From Raillietiella orientalis (taxonomy: Eukaryota), in NCBI GenBank assembly GCA_036172245.1, contig JAYWIR010000012.1:744001-808000 (forward strand): 64,000 nucleotides of DNA, in the 5' to 3' direction. The notes beneath the pieces were generated by a model. It was given only the letters and a program-made list of their open reading frames with translations, searched no databases and had not been told where the DNA came from. Of this stretch, positions 61,840 to 64,000 are shown one piece after another. A program made the translations under genes and the position numbers. Numbering within the stretch: position 1 is the stretch's first letter; each line of letters opens with the position of its first letter.

Positions 61840-63692
61840 ACGTACAGGCTGACGCTGGCCAACTTGCCGAGTTCTTGGCCGAGAACTCCGGCCGTGGCCG
61901 CCTATGCTGACGACTTCTCCTGTTGCCCGTGTCCACCTCGGCGTCCAGTCTCGAAGACTTCTTCGAGCTGGTTCGCCGTGGAGCGGGCATGAGCGTAAAC
62001 CGGAGCAACAGCGTGGTCGTTTCAGTTGGTGCGGGGTGGGAGGGGCAGTCCGACTGGATCCGTCTGGGGATCCGGACCGCTACGTCTTTGCAGTACTTGG
62101 GCGTCCCGCTGGGGGACATCAGCCCAGTGGAGCGTGATCGGACTGCCTTCGGAAGTTCACGAATGCTTTAAACCCGTTCCACCAAGGCAGGTTCCTGCAG
62201 CCAAAGCGGGCCACAGCGCGGAACACCTTCGTTGGCCCCCCTTACGCTCCCTGCTTTTTGTTTGCGCGCCCTCCTACGCCGCCAAGCTCCAGACGCAAAG
62301 CCTGTTCAGAAACGTTCTGTGGAGACCCACGAGGTCGACGATCCTCCTCAAAGACTTGGCGGCTCCGCGTCAGGATGCCGGCTTGGGCATCCTGACGCTC
62401 TAGAGAATCGAGCTGCAGGCGCAGTTACGAATGTTGGCCCTGTGCGCCAAACTCTGGTCCACTCCGTGTTGTGCAGCCGCGCGCCTGCTATTGCGGCGCT
62501 GCACCGGAAGCGAAGGACTTCTGTTGCTCCGGCCAAATACGGAGCGCTCCACGAGAAACTTCGGTTTCCGCTGGAAACCGCTTTGCCTGCTCCTGGTAGC
62601 CCACGCATGGAACCCCTGCCTTCCAACGAACTTTAGCGCCTCTCAGCAGAATTCGTTGCAGATCTGGGCAAAGCAACAGGATGTTACGCTCTTGGAACTC
62701 CGTTGAGCCAACCTCTCCCCGTACTGTACGATGGATGAAGTCCCGAACATCCAGGAGGAGTGGACTCGCCTGGCAATCACGCCCCTCCTCGACGCGCTGT
62801 CAGCCCTCAGCACAAGTGATCACGGCTGTTTACCAGCGAGGTGGGAGGTCGCATGCAGCATTGCAGGAGCAACCCGACCCTTGGGCGGCTGGAGGTCTTG
62901 CGAGCTGGCAGACGCCGCCACGCCTCCCAACATCCCGAAGGGTTTCCTTCGGTGGAGTGAACTTTTGAGTGTGCCCCCGAAGAACTTGTGGCCCCTCCCT
63001 CCTGCTTGAACACTTCTGTGTTCCCTTTGAGCTGGAAACAGTACGTCATTATGCTGGTGCATTGTGCTTTTCACTCCAACCAGCAGACGAACCGTGTTTC
63101 CGGGAGAATTGTCTCCCTGAACTGTAAACGGTCTGGGGAAGTGGAAACGCTCCCGCAACTGCTGTTGGACTGAGTTGTTCTGCAAGGACTGTGGTGGAGG
63201 CTAACCTCATCTCTGCAGCACCAGAGGGACACCGCAAGAGACTTGGTGGCCGCTTCTTCACGCTAGGCGGACTGTCGTTAGGTGCTGTCATCGCCACGGT
63301 CTGTTGCACTCGAGCCATCGACAACGTCCACCGACCGCTGAAGAAGCAGGCGATTCGTCGACAGACCTCCGGAATAGCCTGCGAGAACATGACGTAGGCT
63401 TCCGAGTGTGTCCATCTTCCAGAAGACGTTAGGAGCGAGATCACCGGCTTCCATAGCCGGTTGTGAAGGAAAGTAAAGGTCAAACCAGAGACCCGTGTCC
63501 CCTCCTCTCGCCATATTTTGATTTCTATTTTTTATATGTGTATTTGTGGTCCCCTCCCTCCCGTTCCGGACTATCGGTTTATCGAACTGCATGTTGGGGA
63601 TCCGCCCCCTTCGTGTTTTCTGTATCTTTTGTCCGGGAACTCTGTTGCTGGATAGTTTAGCAATAAACACCCCGTCTCATCCGGGTGAGAAA
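61840..63692 (+). mobile_element. 5'-truncated decayed L1-like element (RT YADD to 3' end)
   Basis: TPAVAAYADD, LQYLGVPLGD, LKDLAAPRQDAGLGIL and ELADAATPPNIPKGFLRW; terminal AATAAA-hairpin at 63662-63692. Confidence 0.88.
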
Positions 63693-64000
63693 CAGCCGAC
63701 CCCCCGCGATCGTCTCGATCTCCTGGACGTCTGCCACGGTGATCACGTGGATCTCCTGCAGCTGGGCCAGGTCGAACTCTTGCAGGGTGTCGGCTGTATC
63801 CCGTCTGTTGCCGTCGTTGCAGCCCACTGACATTCCAACAGGCCACGCGGATCCGACGTCGACAAGTGAGCCCAGGTGTTATTCCTGGGAAATCGACGGT
63901 GTGGCGTCCGCCACCTGTCAAGGCGGGAGGCTAGATGGGAGGGATTCGAGAACCTGATTCCTCTCCTCCATGGGTGCTGACGCGTTTGGCTCCTCGCCCG
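63693..64000 (-). mobile_element. L1-like ORF1 end and APE N-terminus, continuing beyond the window
   Basis: TCRRRIRVACWNVSGL resembles TCRQIRIASWNVNGL; an FDLAQLQEIH-like motif follows in a shifted frame. Confidence 0.85.

Overview
This is eukaryotic genomic DNA with GT-AG introns, several only 44-61 nt long. It has two main components. (1) A dense cluster of about 15 nested, mostly broken non-LTR retrotransposons of the L1/Tx1 type (ORF1 with two CCHC zinc knuckles; ORF2 with APE endonuclease, RT and a C-terminal CCHC). One near-complete but disrupted copy spans about 4.6-11.9 kb. There is also a very decayed Ty3/Gypsy-like pol remnant (~29.9-33.3 kb) and a tRNA-headed SINE-like insertion (~0.25-1.05 kb). 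(2) An old segmental duplication present three times: 1-2.9 kb (partial), 14.4-28.4 kb, and an inverted copy at 47.2-59.6 kb. The two long copies each carry a spliced gene missed by the ORF track, with 8 exons resolved in consistent phase. Both encode pepsin-like (A1 aspartic protease fold) proteins that lack both catalytic D[TS]G motifs, so they are candidate pseudo-proteases. Other notable structure: seven L1 copies end in a conserved AATAAA + CCGG hairpin motif with no long poly(A), a 39-bp-stem hairpin at 28.9 kb, near-identical non-coding patches between otherwise diverged inverted arms, and 38- and 51-bp direct repeats flanking retroelement debris. All alignments were done by eye, and coordinates of decayed elements are approximate.
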